64,000 nt of DNA from Epiperipatus broadwayi. Its lineage: Eukaryota > Animalia > Onychophora. Positions 1 through 12,068 of the stretch are shown in pieces; the first letter of the stretch is position 1; the number at the start of each line of letters is the position of its first letter. Where the stretch lies: the NCBI GenBank assembly GCA_028023455.1, contig JAQFVV010000001.1, positions 34,782,001 through 34,846,000 on the forward strand. Reading direction: 5' to 3'. The position numbers and the translations under genes are program-made. The notes beneath the pieces were generated by a model. The model saw only the letters and a list, made by a program, of their open reading frames with translations, had not been told where the DNA came from and searched no databases.

Positions 1-317
1 GGTCTACATATAAGAATTGGTGAAATATGTATTAAAAACTTTCATTTTTAAATCTAAGGCAAAAAAGCCCTTTATCCAAATTTAATTCTATAATTAATTT
101 CATCTATATTAATAATCTGATTATTAATTTTTAATTCATTATTAACAATTTTTATTTTCTCCTTATGTAAGAAACATTGAATGTTATCTTTAGTCTTTTT
201 ATCATCTACATTTAGTCCTAAATTTCTAGCTTTGACCTGATATCTCACTTAAGAATTAAATCATCTTTATATTTTTAGTTCTTTAGCTTCTCATTTAATT
301 CCTAAGATACTTCTTAA
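1..317 (-). mobile_element. RTE-clade LINE remnant (RT C-terminal part)
   Basis: The reverse complement aligns by eye with the RTE copy at 61900-62350 (ggaattaaatgagaagctaaag vs ggattaaaatgggaagctaaag; gatgaaattaattatagaattaaa). It retains a GLNV..KKTK motif; many stops. Confidence 0.75.
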
Positions 318-1097
318 TGAATTATTACCAGATTCATGACATGATGTTAACTTAAATATTATCATTATAGCAGCATAATTTTCACCATTTCTAAACCACT
401 TATTGCAAACATTAGTAAGAAAATAATAGATGCCAGATGATAATGCTTATTAAATCCCTATTCTATTTTCTCCAATATCTCCAGACTGACAAGCTTTGGA
501 TCTTGGACCAGTGCATCTGGAGCTTTAAAATCTAATGCATCTTTCTTCCAGCATCTATCACCTCTCTGTTATATTTATCAAACTACCAGCTCAAATTGAA
601 AAAAAAAACATATAAATGTTCTCAATGTAAGCCAACTTACTTATATAGTCATATAAATCTGAAATCATTTCAGTTTTTAAATTTTATGGTATCTCTAGTG
701 TTTTAATAATTGTTGGGATCTCTATTGTCCAGGATATGGTATAAACCATTAAGTTATAAGAAACAACTGGCTTTGGTTTTATATGACTATGGAAGTAAGT
801 TATTTTAGATTAAAAAACATTTATGTATTTTTCAATTTGGGCTGATAAATTAATAGTGTAACAGAGAGGTAAATAAAAGGTGTTGAAAGAAGGTGCATTA
901 AGATACTAAAGTTCCAGGTACACTCATCCAAGATCTGAAGTTCCTCTCTGATGGAAATCATACACTTGAAACTAGTCTGGGAATGTTGGATAAGACAGCA
1001 GAGGATAGGGATTTAATAAGTACTGCAATCTAGTATCTATTATCACTTACTAAAGCTTGCAGTAAGGGACATAGGGATAGCAGAAAATTTGCTGTTA
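318..1097. mobile_element. Foldback (head-to-head inverted dimer) insertion with HHR relic, family C, nested in an RTE
   Basis: Arms at about 355-665 and 770-1108 are reverse complements. Degenerate 15-bp TSD: taagatacttcttaa (303-317) / taaggtatttcttag (1098-1112). RTE sequence resumes on both sides. Confidence 0.7.
940..985 (+). ncRNA. Degenerate type I hammerhead ribozyme (family C)
   Basis: CTGATGG (948-954)...GAAA (968-971) CTAG TC TGGG. The downstream sequence is homologous to the intact HHR at 16758-16797 (minus). A9 and stem II are mutated. Confidence 0.6.
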
Positions 1098-1112
1098 TAA
1101 GGTATTTCTTAG

Positions 1113-1555
1113 AAATTTGCTGTAAAAAGTTTAGAGATATTTTTTTATTCCTATGTAATTTAATTATTGCTACTATATTTTGATAAATATTAATCAAAAT
1201 TTGACACTATCCTGGTTCTAATTCTAAAGCATTAATTACTATGGAAATATTTATAAGATCAAATATCTTTTTATAATATAGAAATCCAAACCATTCTGGT
1301 GAGCCATATTCATTGATTATTCTATAATTTCTCTTAATATTTGGATGTGATCTACTGCTATGTTAAAACCACTTTTAAATTCAGTTTGTTCTTTTTGTTT
1401 GTCTAAGTTTAAACTTTATTGTAGGCAAGTTGTAATTATTTTGATAAAAATATTGTGCAAAAGTGATAGAGGAATTACATGGCTGTAATTTTCTATTCAT
1501 AAATATCAATAAACCACTTCATTTTTTCAACTGTCTAGTAAACCTTTATTACTTA
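1113..1555 (-). mobile_element. RTE-clade LINE remnant (RT N-terminal domains)
   Basis: Minus-strand translation gives DHIQILREIIE..EYGSP...YKKIFDL and ISKLFTA, both RTE RT motifs. 1150-1215 aligns with 61735-61800. Confidence 0.75.
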
Positions 1556-1558
1556 GAT

Positions 1559-1700
1559 CAAGAGTTCCCAAAATGGTCAATATTGATTCCCTGGAGTTGA
1601 TTTAAACTTTCTAGGGGTTTTCAACAAAAAAATGTGGGGGTTGGTGATAGCAAAAATAAACCCCCTTACTATTGCTATTTATTTGTTACTTCAAAATATC
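1559..1700. mobile_element. hAT-family MITE end remnant
   Basis: caagagttcccaaaatggtcaatattgattccc resembles the reverse-complemented right end of the 21388-21707 element (cagaggtcgccaaagtggtctatatagacccc). Confidence 0.55.
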
Positions 1701-2289
1701 TATGATTCCAATAGGTACCTAAGTAAGAAGTAAAATAATTTAAAAAACACACATTACATACCAAATTTGCAAATGAAAAGATAAAATGTGTTATTAAAAG
1801 GGTCACACATAAAAATACATGAAAATACATGTAGCACAAACATTTCTGTGCATTGTCTTATCAAACATATGAAAAACTTGCATGCCTGCACTTGCTCGCA
1901 GTCAGACAAAACAATATTCAATATTAACAGAATCTATCAGTCTTGTCAGGCCATGCTTTCATAAAACACTATTCTAGTCTGATCTGTCATCAAAGTCTAT
2001 TCACCTATTTAAAATAATTTGCAAATTCTAGTTTAAATTCACTGGACTATTTCTGAAGGTTATAAATATTATAATTAATACCAATCTTTCTAAGCTGCTG
2101 TTATCTTTCTAGTCTTTTTTTTTTTTGAAAAATATTATGTACTTTACACTTTTAAAATATATATATTCTATTAGTCAAAGTATAATCCAGTTCTGCAATA
2201 TCTTCACTTGGATACTTTCAGTTTTCTAAAAAAATATAATTGAAAATCATATAACCTCCCCCTCCCCCCAGCCCTAGATTCTTCAATCT

Positions 2290-2455
2290 TCAAGTCTATT
2301 TCTCACTCATTTCTGTCTCCATGTTCAAATTTTATAATAGCTTTTTCATCTTTCAATTGTTTTCCAATTCTGTATCAAAATTTCCAATAACAATTTTTAA
2401 TATTATTATGTCTGATCAAGAGTATTTATACATTTAAATTAAAATATTTTACTTC
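2290..2455 (-). mobile_element. RTE-like AP-endonuclease remnant
   Basis: Minus translation IVIGNFDTEL...IIKFEHGDRNE resembles the GDFNA..G..G.RNE.G motif. Confidence 0.55.
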
Positions 2456-2459
2456 TTTA

Positions 2460-3250
2460 ATAGAATGAGAACTTGTTAAGACATAGATCTATGCACTTGG
2501 GATTTTCCATTAAGTTGAATAACCAATCTCACCATAGTATCTGATGAATAAATCAATCTTCTCAGTATATCTTACATTTTTTATTTATATTGAATCTCAT
2601 TCTTCAAGTGCTTCCAATATTGGTGACTTCATAGTGAAATATACATCCATTTTTCAATTCATTTGTTTCTTTACTATTTCTTTTAAAGTCACCAAGTCTT
2701 ATAATTGATGAACTGCCTAATAGAAAATTGTTAGATTTTGTAAGGAAAAAAAGTTCATGCAATTTTCCTTTGCTTGAAAATGATTTATAGTTATGGGTAG
2801 CTAAATAAAACATTATAAATCTGCAATCAGAGGGATTCTTAGCACCCTCTTGTATTTATTATTAACTGCTGCTTTAGATGATGATTTTAGTTTCCTGAGA
2901 ATAAAGGTCCTAATTTAATTTTATCTGGCATTATAAAAGAAATAATCATTCACATATGCATGAGTCCACCTGATATTTCACTTAAAAACTTGCAGCAACT
3001 GATAAAAAAGCCATGATGTCTCTTGGCATTAAATTCCAAAATAAAAGCCAATGAATTCACCACACTGGTTGATGTATGTTAATGAGCAGCCTGTCCATGT
3101 TTTTTTTACCATTCTGAATAATAACATAATATGCAAAGATTCTTTGTGTGGAGAAGATTTTGTAAATTTGCTATGTTAAGTTTTCTTAACCATCTAAATT
3201 TCTGATTATTTAGCACGTCTCTCCCCTAACACAGATTGTTTTTGGGTTTG
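2460..3250 (-). mobile_element. L1/Tx1-like LINE endonuclease remnant
   Basis: Minus translation fragments DLYSQETK (LQET motif), LLINIH and KIDLF...SSH (RID...SDH motif). Heavily disrupted. Confidence 0.5.
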
Positions 3251-3661
3251 TATGTGGTCAATCAGTAAAGCCTTCTGTTTGAAGTCATCACATTTTCAAA
3301 ATATAAAAATATAAGCTTTATTTATAAAAATAATTAAAAAATAACACTAAATACCTTAAAACAAAAAATAAAAGTATTTCCATTTTTTAACAAAAAATGC
3401 AGATGAATTCAATATGGCTTCACATAATTGAAGGAAACCTGTTAATTTTTTTTCCCATTGACATATGGCAATTTGTTTTCCAATTATATGTCCACTACTG
3501 ACTAAAACTAAAATATAAATGCATTGCATGGGGGAATGGATTCTCTGACTAAGGAGATATGCAAAATAAAACTTAAATGCTACTCTGTGGAAATAAAAGG
3601 AAGCCCAAGAAAAGTCTCAGAGAACTCTCAAAGGATTTGTTTTCAGTTAAGAACAAATTCC

Positions 3662-3772
3662 TTTAAACAGGTGTGTGTGTATATATATATATTAAACATA
3701 GCTCAATGTATTTAAATAATTTAAACAGGTGTGTGTGTATATATATATATTAAACATAGCTCAATGTATTTA
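3662..3772. repeat. Perfect tandem duplication (53-bp unit, period 58) containing (TG)n(TA)n
   Basis: tttaaacaggtgtgtgtgtatatatatatattaaacatagctcaatgtattta occurs at 3662 and 3720. Confidence 0.9.
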
Positions 3773-3776
3773 TGTA

Positions 3777-4392
3777 AACAAAGAGAGTAAATCACCCTCT
3801 CTCAAGCCATGAATTAAAATCACTCATGGTGAAAAAAAGATCATGACTAGAACTAGTCCACCTATTCTTGGAGATCTGATGTTTATAATCATACCTTTAC
3901 CAACTTTCAGACTAAATTAATATATCAGCCAGATGGAATATTTACTCAACTAATAATCAATTACACAAGGCTGGTGTCATGTTTAATTTAATGTTTACTT
4001 ATTACATGTTATTTAATTATAATAAAGTATTAAAACAGAGATTCTGTCTCCAGTTTATGTAAGTGTTTATTAATTTAATAAACATTAAGTGCCATTTTCC
4101 ATCTAGCTGATGAATTAATTTTACTCTTAATTATCAACAATGTTTACAAACGTATGCTTATAACAGAACTCCAAGAATAGATGGATTCATTCTGTTCATG
4201 ATCCTTTGCTCAACATTTAGAGAGCTTTTAATTTATAACTTGAGGCATTTTTTGCACTTTCTCATTATCGGTGGTAATTGTCAATGAATGGTGGCATTGA
4301 GATTAAATAATACACCATAAATTCTGATGACTGAGATTTTTTGCTTCAGTCAAAAAATGGTGTATATTTGCTCATTAGGATGCAATTTTAAA
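3777..4392. mobile_element. Foldback insertion with HHR-like relic
   Basis: Inverted arms at about 3785-4025 and 4060-4255 (3924-3938 vs 4097-4111 match 14/15; 3842-3871 vs 4171-4200). CTGATGA at 4324. Candidate TSD caatgt(t)atttat at 3762 and 4393. Confidence 0.6.
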
Positions 4393-5641
4393 CAATGTTA
4401 TTTATATATATTATATCACTTTACTTTATAAGATGTTGCAATTTCTGCATACAGTCATTGATAGTTATCTAATTTTTGCATTTCTTTTAAGATTTTATGT
4501 AGATTCTAATTTTTATTACATTTCAAATATCTTTTTTATTATTAACATTGTATGCTCTTATTTTTTCTTACTCATTGTTTTAATTTCCTTAATTGCGGAC
4601 AAGATCTTGTACACTTTTTAATTTCCAACTTATTATTCACACTTCAAATATGTATATAAAATATGCACTTACATACATATACATGCACTTTTCATAGATA
4701 TATTCTGTTTTTGAAAATAAATTCTTTTTCATTTTTTTATTTATTTATATATATATTTTTTTCAAACTCTTTTTTTTAAAACCAAGAATAGTGAATTATT
4801 TAACAATAAATTAATTAAATTAAACAAGAATGAAAAATTTTACCTAAAAATATTAAATATTTAAAAATTTTAAATTAGTGTGTATAAATTTGTTACCATG
4901 ACTACAATATAAGTAAAAAGTTCAACATGTAAACAGCATTTGTATAAAGAAAAAAAAATAGACAATTTTTAATGAAGCGTTTTCTTTTAACTTTATTTCT
5001 ACCCATTTAAATAAAATATGAGAAAAAGTAAAAATTAAAACACTCATTATTTGCACTAATCATAGCAAGACAGGCGCACAATATAAAATATTATGAAGGA
5101 TTTCAGTTCAATGAAAGTATTATTTGTGAAGAGTAATAGGTAATTTATTATTTAATAATCAATAATGTTACAAATTAATAACGCCAAGACTGACATTTTT
5201 TTATCAGAATCACCATATACTGATGTTAGTTTATCCGCTCAAAAGCAGATTAAGGCAATTAGATCAAAGTACTATAACTTGCCAAAATCTAAAAATAACT
5301 CATTTTCATCAGATACATTTATTTCATTTTTTTTTAAAACTTCTCTATAAAATATATGTAAAGGTAAATGATTATAGTCCTAAATATATATGTAATTAGT
5401 AGACAATAATCTTCAAGCAACAGTTTTTAAACAGTTGATCTGTTCTCTAACTACAATCAACAATTTGTGCCATATGAGATTGGTATATGGACTGCTATTT
5501 CTTAGACAGAAGAGTGATTTCCTAAATCAAACAAATTGTTTTTGACCATTATCTTAAATCAATCAAAATGTATGATTGGCAAAGCACAGTAATTTCTTTT
5601 ATTTTTGAACTTTGCATTCAAAGATTCAAATGAAATATATG

Positions 5642-5699
5642 TATAATGATGGTGTTTATATAAATATAACTATAATGATGGTGTTTATATAAATATAAC
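5642..5699. repeat. Perfect 29-bp tandem duplication
   Basis: tataatgatggtgtttatataaatataac x2. Confidence 0.9.
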
Positions 5700-6075
5700 T
5701 TATGGATAATAATCTCCTTAAAGAATATCCAGAGAGATTTTAAAATCATTAAGAAAAATTGAATTTATTTAAATATAAATAGTAGAATTGAACTTGAGAG
5801 TAGAATGAAAAAGTTAGTAAAAATAAAGTTTTAAATGGACATATTTTAGAAAATTATATAGAGAAATTATAGAAATTAAAAACAAAATTAAATTAGGCAT
5901 GAGCTTAGAGATTGAAAAATTATGAAGATATATTGAGAATATATAAGTGGTAGATGAAAAATAATAATTAGAAAAAAAAGATTCTATTTTTAAAATGAAA
6001 GGAAGTGATAAAAATTTATGCACTGTTAGGCTAAAATCTGTTTTTAGACTCACTAACAGATAATGTAAATCCATG
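5700..6075 (+). mobile_element. Possible RTE-like LINE 3' remnant
   Basis: A-rich coding-like decay with an LNGHILE motif (cf. W.GH+.R). Very degenerate. Confidence 0.3.
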
Positions 6076-6163
6076 AAAATTATAAAATAATAGTGAAAAT
6101 CTTATACTTACTTCTAATAGATGGAATTTAAAATTCTACCCTAATCTCTTAAAAGATGCATTT

Positions 6164-6168
<5 letters not shown>

Positions 6169-6230
<62 letters not shown>
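6169..6230. repeat. (TA)n microsatellite
   Basis: About 31 uninterrupted TA units. Confidence 0.95.
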
Positions 6231-6234
<4 letters not shown>

Positions 6235-6492
6235 GAAGGAACTTATGGATTAAAAGTAGGATATTAATCTAACAATATAATAACCTGGGGTTGAATCTAA
6301 ATTAAGTAAAATTTAAAGTTGTTTGAGCAAGCCCTTAGCAAGAAAAGTTAAACAACCAATATTCTCAGCTAGAGGCTAAAATGTGAATGCTCAAAAATTC
6401 ATTAGTCAGCAATTGGTAAACTGTGTAGTTCCTTTTTTCATTATTCCTCTATAGAGTCTATATCTACAGTGGACTATTTAAAACTGTTTTAT

Positions 6493-6494
<2 letters not shown>

Positions 6495-6554
<60 letters not shown>
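6495..6554. repeat. (TA)n microsatellite
   Basis: About 30 TA units with one CA interruption. Confidence 0.95.
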
Positions 6555-6597
6555 GATAAATACGTGATTAACTTGTATTTGTTTTTTCATATATATA

Positions 6598-7134
6598 TAT
6601 TATCAGTCAAAAAATTATCTGCCTTGCATACAATTTTTTTAAATTGCCATGCCTAAATTACATAAGTAGGGCCATGGCTCATTTGCAAATGATTTTTCAC
6701 ACAATCCATTGTCATTCATCTATCAAACAGAATCAGTTTTTATGCATACTCAAGATTGTCATCACTCATGGACATGGATGGGCATTGGGCTCCTACATTA
6801 TGGCTGGCACTTGTGATTTTCCTTGAATTTATCTAACCATTCATATCCACTTCTTCATTATAAAACATTTTGTCTATATTGTGAGCAAATTTTTTGATAA
6901 ATATCAGCATCAGGCACACCCTCGGACAGCAAAAAATTAAGCACTGCATGCTGCTCTTCTGTCATGAAAAGTATAAGTAAAGCAGCCTTTGTTTCTCACA
7001 CTATAGACATGTTTGAACTGATATAACATGTTCAAAAGTGCACAGAAATGACTGGAGAAACAATAAAGTGTTGATAAAAGAAGCCAATAGAAGTTTAATA
7101 TAATAAGAATACACAATTTTGACTCATCCTCATA
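6598..7134 (-). mobile_element. Internally deleted mariner transposon (transposase N-terminal HTH remnant)
   Basis: Minus translation EQHAVLNFLLSEGVPDADIYQKICSQY..RSGYEWLDKFKE, then LILFDR.MTMDCVKNHLQMSHG after a frameshift; this matches the mariner HTH pattern. The terminus TA-tgaggatgagtcaaaa at 7117-7134 resembles mariner TIRs. Confidence 0.8.
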
Positions 7135-7289
7135 TATTCAAATGCTTATGTGTTAATGACTCTTAAGTCACTATCGTTCAGAATATCTATACTATCTATG
7201 AAAAACTATATCTTCATATGCTATAATATACTTCATAATTTCTTCAAATTTTTTATGAATATAAGAAATGTGTGGTTTAGTTTCAAAAA

Positions 7290-8330
7290 TAACTTTATTA
7301 ATGAAAAATAATTGATTATCTAAGAATATGTGAATACATTGTCTTTCTTGGTAAGAAGTTCTAACATCCTAATTGAGAATCTGTGATGGATCTAAAGTTT
7401 AATCCCCTGGAGAATCTCTAATGGAAATGCTAGTATCAAATTTTGTGTGTGATTGTTTATGTCTTAGGTGATTTTTGGTATTTGAAAGAGATTCCATGTC
7501 TCATTATAGAGGAATTTTGAAGACAGGATAAGGTCTTTACTTTTTAATTTATTAAGGTGATCGATAAATATGACATCCTGATTTGGAGGTGGGAAGGTGA
7601 AGATTAGTTTGCAATGGACACTCCAGATTGTATGAACTAAAAACAATGAAAGTCTAATGAAAGGAAATTGTCTACTTTGTAAGGAGTCTTTCCAATGATA
7701 GAATTTTGTAAAAGTCAGTGCTCAAACTTTGCGATATTAGCAATCTAATGCCTACCAGCCGAGGGCATGATTTAATAATATGGTCAAAAGCATCCTCTTG
7801 AGTCTTGCAGAGCGCGCATATTGGATCAATATTATTTAGATATCTCTTGAAGTGTAAAAAGTGATTAGTATGCATGGAATTTTGATTTACCTTAATTAAG
7901 AAGGTAAGAAATTTGAAGAAATGTGTGGTTTATAAGCAGCATTCATTACAGTTTACAATATTATAAATTTATAAGCTTTAGCAATTCTTTAGAAATTTTT
8001 CTATTGTGAAATAAATATAGAAAGGAAAATATTATAAAAGGTATCAAATGACAATATTAAAGAAATTAAGAACAGGAGGAGAAATCTGTTTTTAAAGATA
8101 GCAGGTTAATAAGAGATATATCAGGAAAAACATTTTAAAAAATGTTTATAAGAAGCTCCTTATTCAAGGAAGGAGTTATAAATACTTGATACAGAACAAG
8201 TTAACTTAAAAAAAATGATGTGGAATGATTTGTAAGAGCTTTTGTTTTGGGCATGAATTTCTAATTAAACAAATCAATGTTTGTCCATATATAAATAACT
8301 AATTATCCATGCTTAACATAGTTGTAATGA
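7290..8330 (-). mobile_element. L1/Tx1-like LINE 3' fragment (zf-RVT-like CCHC finger)
   Basis: ORF 7672-7875 FLHFKRYLNNIDPICALCKTQEDAFDHIIKSCP and the C-terminus FLYNETWNLFQIP are homologous to 25074-25850. AATAAA near 7295 (minus). Confidence 0.8.
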
Positions 8331-10121
8331 ATGATTTGAGAGCTAAAGGTTCTCAGATTGCTCAACTTGCCATCTTTGGTACTCAGATATCATATAACCT
8401 CCAAAGCACCTATTAAATTATTTTTATGTATAATCTTAAAAAATGAATGCAAGAATAGGTCTACATCAGAATGAAATTATTTGATAAAGTGTGATGTCAT
8501 AATTCTTTCAATAATACTTTCTTTGTGGTCCTTTACATCTTCAATCACTCTATGTGATATAGATTTGTGTGTTATATAAATATACAATTTTTTTTTATCT
8601 TGATTTTTTTACATTTTATTTTTAATTATTAAAAATGTTTTACTTTTAAAAAAATTTATTTATAATTCTCATGTGAATGGAAGAATATCTTAGGGAAAGT
8701 CAAAATGTAAACTTAAGAATTAAACTATTTCAAGGAGAAAAATGAAATAGCCAATGTTAAAAAAGAACCATGAAAAATAAAATAAATAGTGATTAAGCAG
8801 AAAGCAGTCATGTAAAAAATATCTAGGAAAACAAATGATGCAGAACAAAGTAGATATCAGTAACAATAATAAAAAAACAACAGATCATTAAGAATAATTA
8901 ATCAAAAACTTCAGTTAATGATTTTTATGGCTCTATGAATTTCCTCTTCCTCTCAAAATTATAATCTAAACAGTATTTAAGTAGCTTCTGAAAAATATTG
9001 AGAAAAAATAAAACTAAAAAATCGTCTTTATAAGAATTTGATTGGAATTCAAAAGCTGACCATTGTATTCCTTGTTTTATTCACAAACTGATGTTTTCAT
9101 ACTTGATTTAGTCATATCAGAATTTACATATTTATGAAAACCTTAAGAGTACTATCAACCAGGACACATACAAATAGTTTAACTTTGGGGTTACTTTTTC
9201 AAAAACAGACAATTAATAGTACTAATGATAATAACGTAACTATTTTAGCAGTTTAAAAATATGGAGCTCAAAAAATAATGAAAATATCATGGAAAATTAC
9301 TTTCTGAATTTGATCAATTCTTGATTATTCACTTACAAAAAAAAAAATGAAAGAAAAACTTACATTTTTTTTTTATCAAAAAAGTAATTGAAATTCTGAA
9401 AAAAAAAAAACCCACCATGTGCAAAAGGTATCATAAATCAAATTAACTAAGCAATAGGTAAATAAAGACAAATATTTTTTTATTCTCATGTAATTATTAT
9501 ATTAATGTTCTAAACAAAGTTATGTGAATGGTTTTTAATGTTCTCATCAATTTATTATGAATTATACATGAATCATTGATATACGACTAATGCATGAAAC
9601 CATACATAATACTATATTTTAATAATAGCTTTTCATATGTTAACAAGTCAGGGAGTTTGTTTCATGATTCCACAAAGTTTGGGCTTGTACATCTAGTATG
9701 GGAATCAAAGATGATTTTTATCTTTTTTTTTTGAAATTATTTAATATAAATAAAAAAATATATATATACAAAATGGTTTGAAAAAAAAAAGTGATAATTC
9801 ATCTACACAAACATTATGTATTTGTAGGAGGTTAATACATAATGTAATTTTCCACTATAGATTACAACACACATCTATTTTTTAAAAAAATCTTGTTTAT
9901 TCTAATCTAAATCAATATATTTTTTGATTCAATCATATTTTATGTATATTGTAATGCTTGTTGATATTAACAAACTGAACTAAATTTAAAATAAAAATAA
10001 AGAGAATAGAAGATTTTGGAGAATTGAAATGAGATGTCATACATTATCTGTGCTATATATGAGAGCTTAATATTGTAATAATGACAGTTCACAATTATTA
10101 TGTGGTAAAATAACTACAATA

Positions 10122-10336
10122 TGCAAGGTGTGTGTACGTGCAAAAGTGAGTATACAGTTTTTGTTATGAAAAAAAGCAACCACTTTTTAATTTAATTTAA
10201 TAAATTTATTAAGTCACAATAAGAATGCAGAACTATAAAAGACAAAATATTAACAAAAAATATATAAAATATATAATAAATAATAAAAAACTGTATAACT
10301 CTTACAACCATATACCTACTTTTGCATCCCCCTGTA
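10122..10336. mobile_element. Tc1/mariner-type MITE
   Basis: The reverse-complemented right end TA-cagggggatgcaaaagtaggtat matches the left gtgcaaaagtgagtatacagttt. TA at the right end. Confidence 0.5.
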
Positions 10337-10774
10337 TATAAAACTGAAGTGAAAATATGAATTAATAAATGTAAAACAAATATTTTAAAATAATTTTTAA
10401 TAGCCACTTTTAAATTTTAACACTGAAAATTGCAATCAAACACAGCTATTATTCAATTTTAAGATTTTGGAAAACATCAATCTTAGATGTTTAACAAAAA
10501 CTTTCAACAAAAACAATTATAATTTTAGATTTGATTAATTTTGGAATTGAAATCAATTGGAATGAAGATAAATATCAAAATTCCAAAACTCAATTTCATT
10601 TGTAATGACAACTAGTGAAAAAAAAATTCTGTTTAATTTTTGAAAGATTTTGATGCAATTCTTTTATCTAACTTTCAACTATCATTTTTATCCACAAAAT
10701 ATTTCTAGAATTTTGCATATTTTGGATTGCATAATACATTTTAAAGTGAACAGCATTCTAATATTTGATATATA

Positions 10775-12068
10775 CACCCAGTCTCATTTTGTGCGAATTT
10801 TTTAAATGCGATTTTGAAGTTATGTGATTCATGTTGCTTCTTAATATCTTTGTATGTGGTTTTTTTTTATGCAATAAAAATTATTAGATCAGAAGTTGAG
10901 CTCTGATAATGCACTATTACATTAAATATTATAAATTTCGCACACTCACACATCATATTTAAAGTAATAGGGCATTATCGGAGTTCAACTTCCATCTAAT
11001 AATTTCAATATTTCCAGTGCTTTATCATAGTACTATAATAGATTTCATGCAATAAAAAGTTCATAATTCACTTAAAATCAGGATTTCTCCATTTTATATA
11101 CACACATTAACTTTTACAAGATTATATTGTAAATCTGTTCAAATGTTATAGATGCCTATATTATGCATGTTGTTATTATTCCCATTTTAAATCACAATCT
11201 ATTTTGGCTTTTTTAAAAAAAAGTACATAATCAATTAATCATTTAGTGTCCACAAGTTTATTTTTAAAAGGTAACAGTGGTGGGCACAATTAAATTTGAT
11301 AATTAAAAATTAAAATCTGATTTTTAATTGTAATTAACAATTTAAAAATTACGTAATATGATCTGAAATTAATGTGACGTGAAACAATGAAATTTGATTT
11401 TTAATCGGAATTGAAAATTAAAGACAAAAATAAGAATTTAATTTTTAATTGTTAGTTTTAATTAAATTTTGCCCAACAGTGGTGAGTAGATATCTTTTTA
11501 TTATTATAAGTCTAAGTTATTTTTATTTTAAACTTTTAGGTTACCCTAATGGAGAGGAAAAAACACCCAAGAAAATGAATTTCTTTGAAAACAAAAACTT
11601 CAATTTTAGATCACTTAGCAAAATGGGAAGGATCAACAGCAATTGGAAAACATTTTAGTTTGGACGAGTCCACTATAAGAGCAATTAAAAAAATGAAGTT
11701 GGCACTAGTTGTATTTATTCTTGTGATGAATCTGTTGTGTTAACAGTTCACAAATGAACCTGCATACTGTAAATTACACATAAAAATATATTTTGAATAA
11801 AATTAAATACTGTAGTTAATAAAAAAAAGTTTGTCTTGTATCAATATTTTTCAAATTTGAAATTTTTTATTATTCATATTTTATTTCCTTATTTTTTTTA
11901 TGTGAATTTTAAAGTAATTTTACATTGTTGCTTTGCTTTTATGTGATTTTTGAAAATTACAGTACATATCCCCCATTTTTCAAGGTAAGTTAGGTCTATT
12001 TTTGTGCAATTTTTTTTTGTGCACATTTTCTGAGGAACCTATCTACCACATAAAATGAGACTCAGTTG
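10775..12068 (+). mobile_element. Tigger/pogo-family DNA transposon, internally deleted
   Basis: TIRs cacccagtctcattttgtgcg / reverse-complemented caactgagtctcattttatgtg, with TA on both sides. 11579-11698 translates ISLKTKTSILDHLAKWEGSTAIGKHFSLDESTIRAIKKMK, a CENP-B/psq-type HTH. Confidence 0.85.
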
